DNA of 64,000 bases from positions 83,702,001-83,766,000 of the forward strand of contig NW_024704742.1 in the NCBI RefSeq assembly GCF_018977255.1, written 5' to 3'. The position numbers and the translations under genes are program-made. The notes under the pieces were generated by a model. The model made no database searches. It saw nothing but the letters and a program-made list of their open reading frames with translations, and was not told the DNA's origin. Shown in pieces: positions 12,594 to 25,607 of this stretch (the stretch's first letter is position 1; each line of letters begins with the position of its first letter). This stretch comes from Callorhinchus milii. Its lineage: Eukaryota.

Positions 12594-14488
12594 ATAATAA
12601 TAAACAAAAGATTCCTGCTCATAATGGCTTAGTGGGTGGCTTGACTATATGATGGGATACAGACTACTATCTCAGTTCTCTCCTTGGTCTGTGCTGAATT
12701 TCCTGATCATTTTTCACACAGCGATTATGATTGTTTAGCTCTAAGACTTCATGCAAGGACAAAAATAAGCTTTAGAAACACTGCTGCACAAGGAGGATCT
12801 ACAATGCCTTATTTCTGCGTACAATAGTCCACAATTACTATTCTTAGATTGCAAAATGTTTGCCAAATTCTTTGCTTTTAAAAAGCTGTTTAAACAAAAC
12901 TGGAAAGCATGTTTTGTGGTTCTGTTCTGTAAAGTGGTATCATGCAAACAGATGTTGAGGTATAGGAGATAAAGGTCTAGAGTGAGAGTCACGTTACTTG
13001 AACATTTAATCCATCCCAATTCTTATAAATACTCTAATGGGTTGTGAACAGGTGCCTCAGCTCAATGGTGTGAGATTACACCATATTAAAAATGCAATAT
13101 CTATTCGTTTTCTAGGGGCCACACTATTATTCGGTTATCAATTCAGAGCTAGTGGAGCTTTCCAGAATGTTCATGCACTCAGGCCAACTCTGACACACAG
13201 CCATATTCAGTGCCCTGGCTGACCACCCCACAAGAGATTCAGATCTCAAAACTTTCTAAAATTATACAGTATCTGCGTATAACACAAGATAGGAGGGGAG
13301 ATGAATAAAAATTGTTTGCACAAATATATTTTCCTTTCCAACAATATTTCCTTTGTGCTAATAATTTCCATTTCCTAAATTCCAATTCACTTTCATATAG
13401 TTCCTTGACATGTTCTTGCCCAATTTCCTTTTAAATGTTACAGCGTTAGCTTTAATACTTGTGGAAAACCATTTTATGTTCTAATAACCCACTGAGTGAA
13501 TAGTTGAACACTAGATTTCCACTTCATTCTCCCAGTGACAATGCTGAGCTGATGCCCTCCTTTTTAACAATTTACCAATCAGCAGAAACAACTTTTCACT
13601 TGATCCTCTCAAAATCTTTCAGAATTTTGATGACCTCAAGTAGATCCCTCTAATTGTTGGTTCGAGTAAAAATTGTTCTGATTTTTCAAATTCTTGTCTT
13701 CCTAAGAGTATAATCCTTATATGATTCCCTCTTCTCAATTTGCTTTACCCCTAATTGGTATTATAAGCAAACTTAGAAATTGTTTGATTTTCAAAATGTT
13801 AATATCCAAAGGAAAATAATTTGCTCCAGTGCTCCAGATATTTGGCACACACAAATTACACCCAGCCAGCCTGAGAAACACCCACTTACACCTCTGAGAA
13901 ACGCATTGAAATGGTTCAGCCACATTACAACTAGGTTCTTTTAAATTTCAAACAAAATGGAGACACAAGTAAAATAGTAACAAAGAGGTCCCCCCACCTC
14001 CCTTCACACTCATTGCTGCACACTAGATAACCAAGATTCTGCTCGATGACAATCTCGATGCAGCTGGAGTTCGGAGTAAATTAAGTTAGAAGAGAGATGG
14101 AGGGAGGAGCTGCAGGCAGGCAAGATGGAGACAGGCCCACTATGGTGCTATAATGACAGCTTAACTCCTGGTGGAGGAAGTTTACCGTGCATTGCATTTC
14201 ACTTGATGACCTGATAACCAGAAGCTTTCCATATCCACAATGGGGCCAGTCCCAATGGGTATGGATATCAGGTTCTCTCTACTGTAGTCACATTCGCTAC
14301 TAAGACAGATGTTTGGTTTATTCCTTGCAGAAGGATGAAGATAATTACTTCTGGAAGTATTGGTCTGAAGCGCAATGCCTAATTAGTCACTGTATCCATG
14401 ACTTAGTGAGTGTACAGAGTTGGACAAAGCATCATAATGGTTTTTAAAAACCTGCAATCTCTTCAAGCGGGGGGGAAGCAAGACTTAC

Positions 14489-14775
14489 TCGTCATACTTG
14501 ATATGATATACAATATCATTGTTCGTAGGTGCCACATTAGATGTGGAAGGTGTAGAGTCTGAATTATTTGATGTGATCCCACTACAGTGCTGTGACTGCT
14601 CTTGGTCCGAGGGATCTTTAGTACACTGAGCATTTGCTCCTGTCCTTTCATTTCCGTTAGCATCATTTTTCAGCGTTACACTTTTCTGTCCCTTTGTGCT
14701 GCGTGTAACATTCACAACGTGAGCTTCAAACCATGCTCCGATGACAAGGTCGCGAGCGTCCACCAGTTCGTTAAT
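14489..14775 (-). CDS. UHRF2: UHRF2 coding exon 3 (first Tudor subdomain with UHRF2-type insertion)
   Basis: Acceptor TTTGTCTGTTCCAG|ATT; translates INELVDARDLVIGAWFEAHVVNVTR...DIVYHIKYD; donor GA|GTAAGT, phase 2; 287 nt. Confidence 0.95.
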
Positions 14776-14811
14776 CTGGAACAGACAAACAAAAAAAAAT
14801 CAATTTGAATG

Positions 14812-15166
14812 ATAATAATCCTTGCATTTGATATAGCACCTTATCACATCATTGGGACATCTTAAAGCGCTTCACAGAATATATTGTAAAGTGAATTGAC
14901 TGTATATTTTGCGGCCAAAAAGGCATCAGCCAATTGCGCACAACAGTGTTCCACAAACAGTTGTGGATTAATCTTTTTTCTGAAGGTGTTCTTACCCCTG
15001 GAAAGCGATCCACCAATCGACTAGCAACCGGGTTCCTACTTAATGCTTGGTAAACAAGAGGCGTGTGGAGTAAGGAAACTTAGCTAAGGTATTAGACCTG
15101 CCCGGGAATCAAACCCAGGGCCTTTCACTTGTGAGGTGAGTGCTCTAACAAATATGCTACAGGACT
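14812..15166 (-). mobile_element. Family A SINE, longer older subfamily, 37 nt upstream of the exon 3 acceptor
   Basis: Tail, Deu segment, extra internal block (GGAAAGCGATCCACCAATCGACTAGCAAC) and decayed tRNA head. Confidence 0.85.
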
Positions 15167-18100
15167 TGGGGGGTGGTGGGGGGCAGAAGCAGATCATATT
15201 CTACCTATATTAACCTAACCATTGATTCATGAATGCATGTTGTAATAATACTTGTTTTTATATTCTCATTTTCTTTCTTCCCCCCACCGGCTTCCTGTTA
15301 CGCAAGCAATTAAGGCATCGGAAACAATCACGAAATTGAATCTATTTTGCAGAAGAGGAAGAACAAAGGCAAACAAAAGAACATGGTTTCAGATGAACTT
15401 CATTACACTCCATAAATTTCCCTATATTTAAAATATCACTTTTGCCTTCATTAATATCGGGGCATCTGTCCAAACAATCAGATAATCTTATCTGTGATCC
15501 AAGTCCATCATAAGGCAGAATTCTTTTCAAGAATGGCTACAGCCTAGTCTTGTATCGTATCCAGGTTCATTCACTTAAGTGCCACATATACTTTGTTAAG
15601 TATTCGTTTTTAATGAAGGGCTTTGATGATTAAGTATTTGGGGTTTTAATGAAAGGCTTTGAAGGAAGTCACAGTATTTAAATTTACTTGGTACTTCGAA
15701 GAAGTCACAGTGGAGTAAAAATGTATAAAAATAGCAACTTACACCACAATGGGGTTCAATTTGGTTGTCGCACTTTGGTCCACAAACTCACTTGCTAAGG
15801 CTCAAATGGTACTTTACGTAATAACTTAACAGTGTGCGGGACCAGAATATTTAAGTGTTGAATTTAAAAATGCATGCCTAATGTGTATGGTTTTAATGAA
15901 CACTTAATAGACACCAAGAAAAACTACCTTCTCTCCTTGAATTTCGCTGCGGGTCTTTTTTACGGTCCACCTGAACAGGTAGAAGGGACCTCAGCTTAAT
16001 ATTTCATCCAAAATTGTAGTGCTGCTTCCACATTGGCATTGGAAGCTCAAAATCCCATGGTGGGATGTCAACCCACAACTTTCTAAATCAGTGATGAGTG
16101 ATACCAACGGAGTGAAGCTAACAAATTATCCAAACACAAATATATTTTTTTCCATTCTAATTGAAATAGTTCCAGGCATATGGATATTCTGATATAAACA
16201 CACACACTAGATATAACATGCTGATACCGAAAAAAAACAATTATTTGCCTAATCATAATCCTGACCAACGTTAATCAGTGATCACTAAACACTTAGAACA
16301 ATTCACCATTGATCCATCACTTGTTATCCCATCTCCTGATCAATGCACAGCATCAGCCACTTAGTTAATCAATGGCATATTAGAAATCTAAAGAGAAATC
16401 CTTGACACTCCAGGCAATATGTAGCAAGTCATTTCAATGAGTGTAATTTCTTAACAAACAAAACACTGTGCCAATTTCATGAAGAGGGGGAGGAGGAAAG
16501 GATCTCAAGTCAGAAATGGTTAACACAATTACTGGAAGATCCTGATTGTTCATTAATAAAATTTATGGAAGTTTTAAAACGAGCACCAACATCCATGTTC
16601 TTCAGTGCCACCAATGGCTGAATTTAAATGAATACTTGCCTGTTAACAAGCGCCAAGTTCGCCCTGTGTGCAATGGGAAGTTATAAAAGAAAGCTGCACA
16701 GATTGATGGTAGGAACAGTTCAACGCTGAAAAATGTGAAATGGGACATTTTCCATACTAAATAGAGGGAAAGGAAATGCAACTTAAAATGGTAAGATTTG
16801 AAATGGAGTAGATGAGAAGGGGGCACGGTGTGTAAACAAAAAGTAAAGGCAACAGAAAAGGTAATAAAAAGTTACAAAAAAATATTTGGTTTGTATCTAC
16901 GTGCGATATACCTCTATAAAAACCTGGGAAGCCACAACCATATAGTGCGTGGATTTTGACAGTCAGCCTCATTTTCAGAATGATACAAGAACAATGAAAA
17001 ATACATGCAGCGTAGATTCACTTGGATGTTATCATTCTTTCTTCCTATCAATTACCAAAGGTGAGGAGGTTTCGATTATGAAGAGAGACTTCATAAAAAT
17101 GAAATCCTAAGGGAATAAAACTTTCAGGAACCACAATGCATATAATATACACTAGATAAATATACTATATATACATAATATTATATATATATATACACAT
17201 ACATACATATACTAGATAATATATACTAGGCTCATGTGGAACATAAACACTGGCATAGACCAGTTGGGCCGAATGGCCTGTTTCTGTGCTGTGTATTCTA
17301 ATGTATAAAGATCTTGCTTTATCTAGGTTTCACCTTTAAACCCTTCCACGGTCTGGCCCCAGCCTATCTCTGGGACCTCCTTCAACCCAACCACACTGTA
17401 TCAAATGCAAGGATTATTATGCTTATTGTTATATTATGATTATTATTATTGTTCTAACCACAGAACCCCCTCCAAGAACAAGATTTCTCTCTGTGAATAT
17501 ATTCATTATGACTGCTGAGCACGACTGTCCTGTCAGTAACTATCTTTTTGGACAGGCCATTTACCACAAATTTCCAGGACATGGCCATCCCCAAATGGGA
17601 CTATCCACAAAATCACTGCTCATTTCTACCCCCTGGGGATCACTTTCAATGGTTTACATTTAGCTTCCACTTCATTTCAAACAGAATCTACAATGGAGAT
17701 CAAAAGGAATGCCCTCGGGGATGCTGATAAACTGTAAAACACGTGCCCCAGAACAGTGTTAATGCTTTTATGATTCAGTTGGAACCAAAACATCCCCATT
17801 AGTTACCAATCTGCTTGTCTGAAAGAAAAGGAAATGACAATAAATGGCAAATATCCAAAACAAAAAACATTCTTTCTTCCTATCAATCCCCCCCCCCATG
17901 TAATTTCTGTTCATTCAAATCACCACAAACAAACTATTTCCTCAGGGGCCACAAATTATTCTCTCCCCTTTCCTTGTTCCTTCCTTCCTCCCTCCCGCCC
18001 TCTCGCCGCCATCCAATTATTTTGATCCAGACAACTCTCACATACAAAGCAGACTACACAAACCACACAGCTGCTCTTGGCAGCCATTACCCTCAACACA

Positions 18101-19102
18101 TGTATAGATTCTCAACAGAAATGGCGATCGCTGAATATTTTTTTCTATAATGTATTATGTATAAAAAATATAAATCACAAATAAAGGTTTCAATACAGCA
18201 TAATCATTGATCTTTTAAAAAGGAACAGAATTACTGGCATTCAAGTAATGTTATTACACTTACATAATTCCACACACAGTCTATTTAATTTGTGCACAGA
18301 ATAAAATCTGCGTCAGTGAGGCTACATCTTGAATTTTTTGGGGTTTTAAAATAACTGGGGAGACTTATTACACTGACAGACCAGACAGATGGCTACTGCA
18401 AAACTTTGGATCAGGGAAAAGTTCTGAAAGGTAGTGAGGCACCAGAAAAAAATAGTCACTCCACTCCCTCACCTTCTCTCCTCTCCCCCAAGTCAACAGG
18501 TATATTTGCCATTAATTCAAGCGGGCCAAGAGACCGCTTAAAAAAAGAAAGTACAGTATTATCATTAGTCTGAAAGATACGAAGCTGGAAACTGATTGGT
18601 TGGCTTTACATCCGAAGTGTAGCAGACACGTGTGACTTAGTGACAATAGATTTGGCTCCTGTCTGAATTTACTGCAACTCTTTGAAAATGAAGCTGCTGG
18701 TGGATTTTCGGAAGACCAAAGATAAGGTTCTACACATAAGGTATTTAAAAGAAAAGGGAAATCCTAGAATTAATACCAAATAAATCAGTTTCCCAAACTG
18801 GCTGTGCAGTAGAAAGCAGCAGGTGGAAAGGGAATCCAAAAACATTTCAGTCTGGAGAACAAGTATCAGTTCCACAAGGACCTGTTCCAAGTCTTGTCCT
18901 GTTTGTAATACTTCTTAAATGCCTTGGGAGAGTACAAATTATGATAAAATATACTTATTGGAGATGCCAAGCTACGTGGTCAAATGAATCGTATGAGGAG
19001 AAATACAATTTAGGATAATCGTTGAGTAATTAAATTGAATGATTTTAAATCGAGGCAAATGCAAGGCAATGGATGATTCCAAGACCTGCAATAGCCAAGG
19101 TT

Positions 19103-20396
19103 AATAATAATAACCCTTGTATTTGATATAGGCGCCTTATCATGTCTTCAAGACGTCTCAAAGTGCTTCACAGAATATACTGTAAAGTGAATTGACTGTA
19201 TATTTTGTGGGCAAAAAGCGGCAGCCAATTGCATACATCAGTGTCCCACAAACAATCATGGATTGGAGCGACCAATTTAATATTATTTTTTGAAGGAATT
19301 ATTACCCCCGGATAAGTGATCTGCCAATCAACTAACAACTGGATTACTACTTACTGCTAGATAAACAGAGGCGTGTGGACTAAGGAAACTTGCCCAATAT
19401 TTTACCCTGCCAGGAATCATAGAATCGTACAGCACAAAATGAGGCCATTCGGCCCATCGAGTTTGTGCCGGCTCTTTGAGAAGAGCAATATCATGTCAAT
19501 CCCACTCCCCAGCCCTTTCCCCATAACCCTGCAAACCCGTCCTCCTCAAATACCCGTCCACTGCATTTTTAAAAGTGGTTATCTGGTTATCGAATTGGCC
19601 TCCACCGCCCTTTCAGGCAATGCATTCCAGATTCGAACAACTCGCTGCGTGAAAAAAATTCTTCTCACCTCCCCTCTGCTTCTTTTAGATACTACTATGA
19701 ATCTGTGACCTCGAGTCACCGACACACCCACCAGTGGAAACAGTTTTTCCCTTTCTAACCTATCAAATCCCCTCATGATTTTGAAGACCTCTATTAGGTC
19801 TCCTCGTAACCTTCTCTGCTCCAATGAGAATAATCCCATCCTCTCGTGCCTTTCCTCATAATCAAGGTCCCTCATTCCTGGTACTAACCTTGTAAATCTC
19901 CTCTGCACTTTTTCCAATGCCTTAACATCCTTCCTACAGTGCGGTGCCCAGAACTGGGCGCAATATTCTAACTGAGGCCTAACCAGTGTTTTATATAGGT
20001 TAATCATAACCTCCTGACTCTTGTACTCTATACCCCTATTTATAAAGCCTAGTATCCCATATGCCCTTTTTACAGCTTTATCTACCTGTCCTGCCACCTT
20101 CCACCTTCAAGGATTCATTTACCTGAACCCCCAGGTCTCTCTGTTCCTTCACCCCCCTTAAGATTGTATTATAGCCTATATTGCCTCCCCTCATTCTTTC
20201 CACCAAAATGCATTACCTCGCATTTCTCCACCTTGAAATTCATCTGCCATGTGTCTGCCCATTTTACCATTCTGTCTATGTCCTCCTGCAGATGGCTGCT
20301 ATCCTTTTCACTGGTTACCACCCTACCTAACTTTGTGTCGCACCAGGTCTCTTGCTTGCGAGGCATGTGCTCTAACCACTGAGCCACAGGACTCCA
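19103..20396 (-). mobile_element. Family A SINE split by a CR1 insertion (body 19103-19413, head 20341-20396)
   Basis: SINE sequence stops at CCCTGCCAGGAATC and resumes at CCAGGTCTCTTGCTTGCGAGG...GGACTCC. Confidence 0.85.
19414..20340 (-). mobile_element. 5'-truncated CR1 LINE (ORF2 C-terminus + 3' UTR)
   Basis: ORFs 20169-20507 (DTKLG...LQEDIDRMVKWADTWQMNFKVEKCEVMHFG) and 19579-20097 (LYKTLVRPQLEYCAQFWAP...RRLRGDLIEVFK...FFTQRVVRIWNALP); GATTCTAT-type tail; disrupted between the two ORFs. Confidence 0.95.
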
Positions 20397-20674
20397 GGTT
20401 ATGAGAGATTTGCAGGGTTGAACTGGTTTTAACTGAAGAGAGGGAACGTGAAACAGATCTTCAAAAATTAGGCAAATAGATGGAAGTAGCCATCTTCTGG
20501 CCATCACTTGCTATAGTAAATGCCTGGACACAACCGGGAAGAACTGACTGGTGCTTGAATATTTATAAATGAGGGTAATGTTCGCTTTTTAAGGGATAAA
20601 AGGTCCTCAGAAATAAAGATGATTGTACTCAAGATTTTCATTGATCTTGGAGGTGAAAAGGAAACCATAAATTG

Positions 20675-21058
20675 TGTCAGAAAGTTGTGGGTTCAAACTC
20701 CACACTGTGACTTGGAACTCGCATAGTCTAAGATGATTAATGTATTGCTGGAGGCTGCATTGTCGAAGGTGCTATCATTTGGAAAAGGCAAACCCAGGAT
20801 ATATCTGCCTGTTTAGGTGGACTTTAAAGATTCCATGTTATTACTCGAAAAGAGAAGGGAGTCTGTCCAGAGTGTCCTGGCCAACAATCCCCCAAATAAA
20901 ATGGCCACTCACTTTACAGCTGTAGGACATTGCTTAGAACAAATCAGCAGCTGCTTCTACCCACAAAATACACAGTCACTATGTTCCACAATAAATCCTG
21001 TGAAGCGCTGTGAAACATCCTCCCGACATAAAAGGAGCGATATCAAATGCAAGGATTA
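20675..21058 (+). mobile_element. Family B Deu SINE
   Basis: GTCAGAAAGTTGTGGGTTCAAACTCCAC...AGGTGGACTTTAAAGATTCCATG...AAATGCAAGGATT. Confidence 0.8.
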
Positions 21059-22099
21059 AGTACGGTTACATCAAACTTAGAACGAAATATATGAATCCAG
21101 CTGGAAACAACTGTCCTTTCCTAGTGAGAACCATCATTTAATACATTATTTTCCACTCCTTTAAGATTACCTCATGTTAAACACTATTCCCAACCCAAGA
21201 GGGCAGGCGGCCAAGCTGTTCCAAGAAACTGTTCTTTGTTGATCGTGCAACGGCCCAAGAAGCTTGCAGAAGAGCTAACTGAGTTTTCTTTGCCCTTACG
21301 CTAAGGAAAGTGCACCAATTCCTGTATGATACATGCTCCAACAATCTGAGATCAAAAAACTCACCACACTATGGGAAAACCACAGGAAGCATGGTGTTCC
21401 CAATGGTTGCTGCACCACCCTGCTTGCTACGCAGTGCGTCAATGTGGTCTGAATTTAACTAGCAAGAAAGATGAAAGCAAATGTAAAACTCATTGTCTAA
21501 ATAAGAGCCCTACATAATAAAGCTGCAAGATTCCACTCAGATTGAAACATCTGAATGGCTGACTCAGTCTCACAAGTTAGAACGTTGTTTTACTTTTGTT
21601 TAATGAAATAATAATCCTTGCATTTGATTTAGTGCCTTATCACGTCGTTGGGACGTCTCAAAGCGCTTCACAGCGTATACTGTAAAGTGAATTGACTGTA
21701 TATTTTGTTTATGGAATGCGGCAGCCAATTGCACACAGCAGTACCACAAACCATCGTGGATTGAGTGATAACTTCCACTTGTCAAAAGTAATGTAACAAA
21801 ATAGAGTTGCAAAGGGCCATTTCAACACCTTTAGGCAGGGTGGGTGTTGGAAAGAGTTGGAAGCACTTTTATAGTAATAATCCTTGCATTTGATATAGTG
21901 CCTTAGCACATCATTCAGCTGTCTCAAGTGTGAGTACTGACAGATTGACTGTATTCTGTGGACAAAATTTTAATTGCCATAGACCAGTAGTGGCCAACCT
22001 GTGCCCGTTGGGCCATTACGAAGTAGTCCTCCAAACATTAGCACGAGTCTAGAGCAACTCTTATGTTTGATCAGCGGACCTTGATTGAATATTTCTTGA

Positions 22100-22940
22100 T
22101 TTAATCCACGTCTATTTGCCAAGGTCCCTCTCATGAAGACCTGGATTAAGCAGCTGCTGCTGATTCCGGCTGGTACTCATTGGCTTGGACCTCAAGAAAA
22201 TCAAGGTTGCTGGCACGTCACAAGCTGTCCGGTAAAGGTGCTCCCACCCCAATGAAAGCAGTTGCCCGTCAGACAGTTGATGAGGAAACTCTGAGGCTTG
22301 GGGCTACAGCTGCTGGAAGGTGTTATCTGGAGTCCAAGTTTGTGATCGCACGCTCGTGCATTGAGCGCCTGGAATCCACTTTGATCGGCCTGCAGAGAGG
22401 CAAACAGCTGCTGCTTAAACTCCGCACCTTTAATTGGTGGAACCATCACTCAATGGGAAGGAAAGTGTGCCCAACTGCAGACAGGAAGATGGTGGCAATG
22501 CTCTCCCCATTTCATGCTGAGATGTGTTGCCCACGATGAAGATCGCAGGGAGTTCCTGGTACCTACCAGCCACCTAGTGAGAGCTCAAACACATGCTTGG
22601 GAGTCATCCCGCTCAGCTCCTGATAACTATGCAAGCCAAAGCCATAACGGGTAGAGTGGTCCTAACTGGACAAGCAGCTGGAAAGCTTGCCAGACAGCAA
22701 TATCAATGGTAAGTTATGTGGTTTTAGCTGGTTAGACTCCAGCAGTACCCAACACACACTTTGGGGGCCTTAACCCTTGGCTCTTGCCAACCTGTGCCAA
22801 ATACTGTCCAGAATTAGATAAGCAGGATGGGTCCCTCCAGGAAGAGAGTGAGCATTCATTTCCAGCAATCTATCTCTGGGATTTCCATGTGTAGGTGGGA
22901 TGCATGGAAATCTCAGTTTGGTGATGGGTTTACCCGGCTG
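22100..22940. mobile_element. Old interspersed repeat, homologous to 61780-62830 and (inverted) 31870-32245
   Basis: Collinear shared blocks: GACCTGGATTAAGCAG, TGGAACCATCA, GGAGTTCCTGGTACC, GTCCTA.CTGGACA, CCTTGGCTCT..CCAACCTGTGCC, CAGAATTAG.TAAGCAGGATG. Confidence 0.75.
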
Positions 22941-23499
22941 ACCAAAAAAAACCCAAGTAATATTCAATCAAGAAAATTTATTTTGTTGGCTGACCATAAA
23001 GGTTGGCCACAACTCTGGACAAATAATTTTGAAAGTAACTTCTAGCTAGTATTAACAGAGGCATATAACTTAGTCAGGCCCACATCATAACCTGGTGTGT
23101 TGTGCTTGGCCTCATCATTGCTCAGCAGAGTTTTGGATTACACCAGAATCCTTGTTATTATACACTGCAAGTATCCAGTTTACGTTAAGATGGAATTACA
23201 TCCTCCAATGCTTCACCATTCGTAGTGGAGGTCCCATTAGGTTAATTTATAAACAAAACTCACAACAGCAAAAGATGGATGAACTTGACAAGGTGCCTTG
23301 AAATAATAACAACAAGTTACATTTGGTATAGTGCCTTATCCCATCGTCACCTCAAAGCGCTTCACACTACTGTAAAGTGGATTAACTCTGTATTCTGTGG
23401 ATGAACGCAAAACAGGAAAATATAGCTAATTCAGTTTTGTATTATGTGCTTTAAAGTTTCTCGAGAATACGGTGGGCTACTCCATTCCAAAAAAGCGTT

Positions 23500-25607
23500 G
23501 GTTTTAATGGGGACACCCTCACCTCCCAAACTACCTCCTATTCCCGATCCTCACCCTGGTTCACCAGCCACCTCCGCTCGCTCAAGGGCCAGGTTCGGGT
23601 TGTGAACGCACTTGGCTCAAATACAGCCTAACTGTCCACCGGCACATCAAAACCTACCGCTCCGCTCTCACATCAGCCAAATCATCCTTCTACTCCAGGT
23701 TAATCCTGGAGGCGAAGGGCAACCCCAGGCTCCTGTTCTCCACCACCAACCAGCTCCTCCGTCCTCCCCGCCACACCTCCCATATTCTTTCCTCCGAGTC
23801 CCACTGTGAGGAAATGCTGGACTTCCTCGAGTCCAAAATTGAGGGAATCAATTGAGGGCCCTCCCAACGTCCAACCCCTACCTATGCCCCCCCCCCCCCC
23901 CCCCGACCACTACTCATCCCTCCTTCCACACCTTTGAACCTGTCACCCCCTCCTCTGTCATCACCACCATATCCTCCATGAAGCTCACCACCTGCTCCCT
24001 GGACTCCATCCTCACTCCTCTCCTTAAATCCCAGCTCAACCTCCTTGCCCCACAACTCGCCGACATCATCAACCTCTCCCTGTCATCTGGCACTGTTCCT
24101 TCCCCCTCAAAACAGTCACCATCATTCCCTACCTTGAAGAAACCTTGCCTTAACCCAATACAGCTATCCATCTACTGGCCCATCTCCAACCTCCCTTTTC
24201 TGTCCAAGGTCCTTCAGAGAGCCGTTGCCTCCCAGCTTCGCTCTTTCCTCTCCTCCCACTCCCTACATGAGCCCTCCTATCGGGTTTCGTTGCTGTCCAC
24301 AGCACAGAAACTGCTCTGGTCAAGGTCACGAATGACATCCTGCCCATGTGTGACCAGGGCTCCCTCTGCCTCCTTGTCCTCCTCAACCTCTCCACTTTTT
24401 TGACACTGTGGACCATTCAATTCTCCTCCACCGCCTCTCCTCCCACCTCAACCTTCAAGGTTCTGTCCTTGACTGGTTCAGGTCCTACTTTTCACACCGC
24501 CTCCACTTCGTCATGGCAAACGGCTTCTCCTCCAGCCCCCGCACCGTCTCGTGTGGTGTTCCTCAGGGCTCTGTCCTTGGTCCCCTCCTCTTCACCCTCT
24601 ACATGCTCCCCTTTGGTGACATCATCTGCAGACATGGGGTAAATTTCCACATGTATGCGGATGACACCCAACTCTATCTCTCTGCCGTCACCCTCAACTC
24701 TAAGACTGCTGGCGTCCTGACCGACTGCCTGTCTGACATCCATTCCTGGATGAGGGACAACTTTCTCCAGCTGAACGTCAGCAAGACTGAGGCCCTCCTG
24801 ATTGGATCGCGCCAGCGCCTCCGCACCTCGGGCGCTGGCAGCATCAGCCTCCATGGCTGCACACTCAACCTCACTAAGCCAGTCAGGAACCTGGGTGTCT
24901 TGTTTGACCCTGAACTGTCCTTTCTCCCCCACATCCGCGCCATAACCGGCACTGCCTACCATCACCTCCGCAACATTGCCAGACTCCGCCACTGCCTCAC
25001 CCCTCAGGCTGCCGAAACCCTCACCCACGCATTCGTCACATTAAGGCTCGATTATGGAAACTCCCTCATCGGCCTTCCCAACTCTTCCCTTCACAAGCTG
25101 TAGATCATCCAAAACTCTGCAGCTTGTGTACTCTCACGCACCAGGCTCCGTGATTCCATCACTCCCACCTTCGCCCGACTCCACTGGCTCCCCATCTCTC
25201 AGAGGATCGAATTCAAGACCCTCATCCTCAATTTCAAGGCCATCCATGGCCTTGCCCCCTCCTACCTCTCTGACCTGCTGACTCCCTCCGTTCAGCGGGC
25301 TCCGGCCTGCTCCATATCTCCCACCCAACCCGCCTTACAATCGGTGGCCGGGCTTTCAGTCTCTCTGCCCCCACACTCTGGAACTCCATCTCACAGTCCT
25401 TTTGCCTCGCTTCCTCCCTTGCCTCCTTCAAGACTGGTCTCAAGATCCTACTCTTCGTTCGCGGCTTTGGTCGCGTCCCATCTCTCTGCCTTCTCTCACC
25501 CCTACCCCACCCCCCCCGCATGCTTGGGTCCTGACCCCTGACTGTCCAGCGCCATGGAGCGTCCTCCTGACGTGAAAGTGCTCTATAAATGTCATTTTGT
25601 TGTTGTT
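23500..25607 (+). mobile_element. 5'-truncated, frameshifted L2-clade LINE (RT domain + 3' UTR)
   Basis: TTCSLDSI...[38 protein letters not shown] (YADD at 24654-24665), RNLGVLFD; 3' end GTCCTCCTGACGTGAAAGTGCTCTATAAAT...(TTG)n. Confidence 0.95.

Noticed and set aside
23500..25607. Active autonomous LINE or domesticated RT gene
   Set aside because: 5'-truncated, with several frameshifts and an in-frame stop at about 25101.
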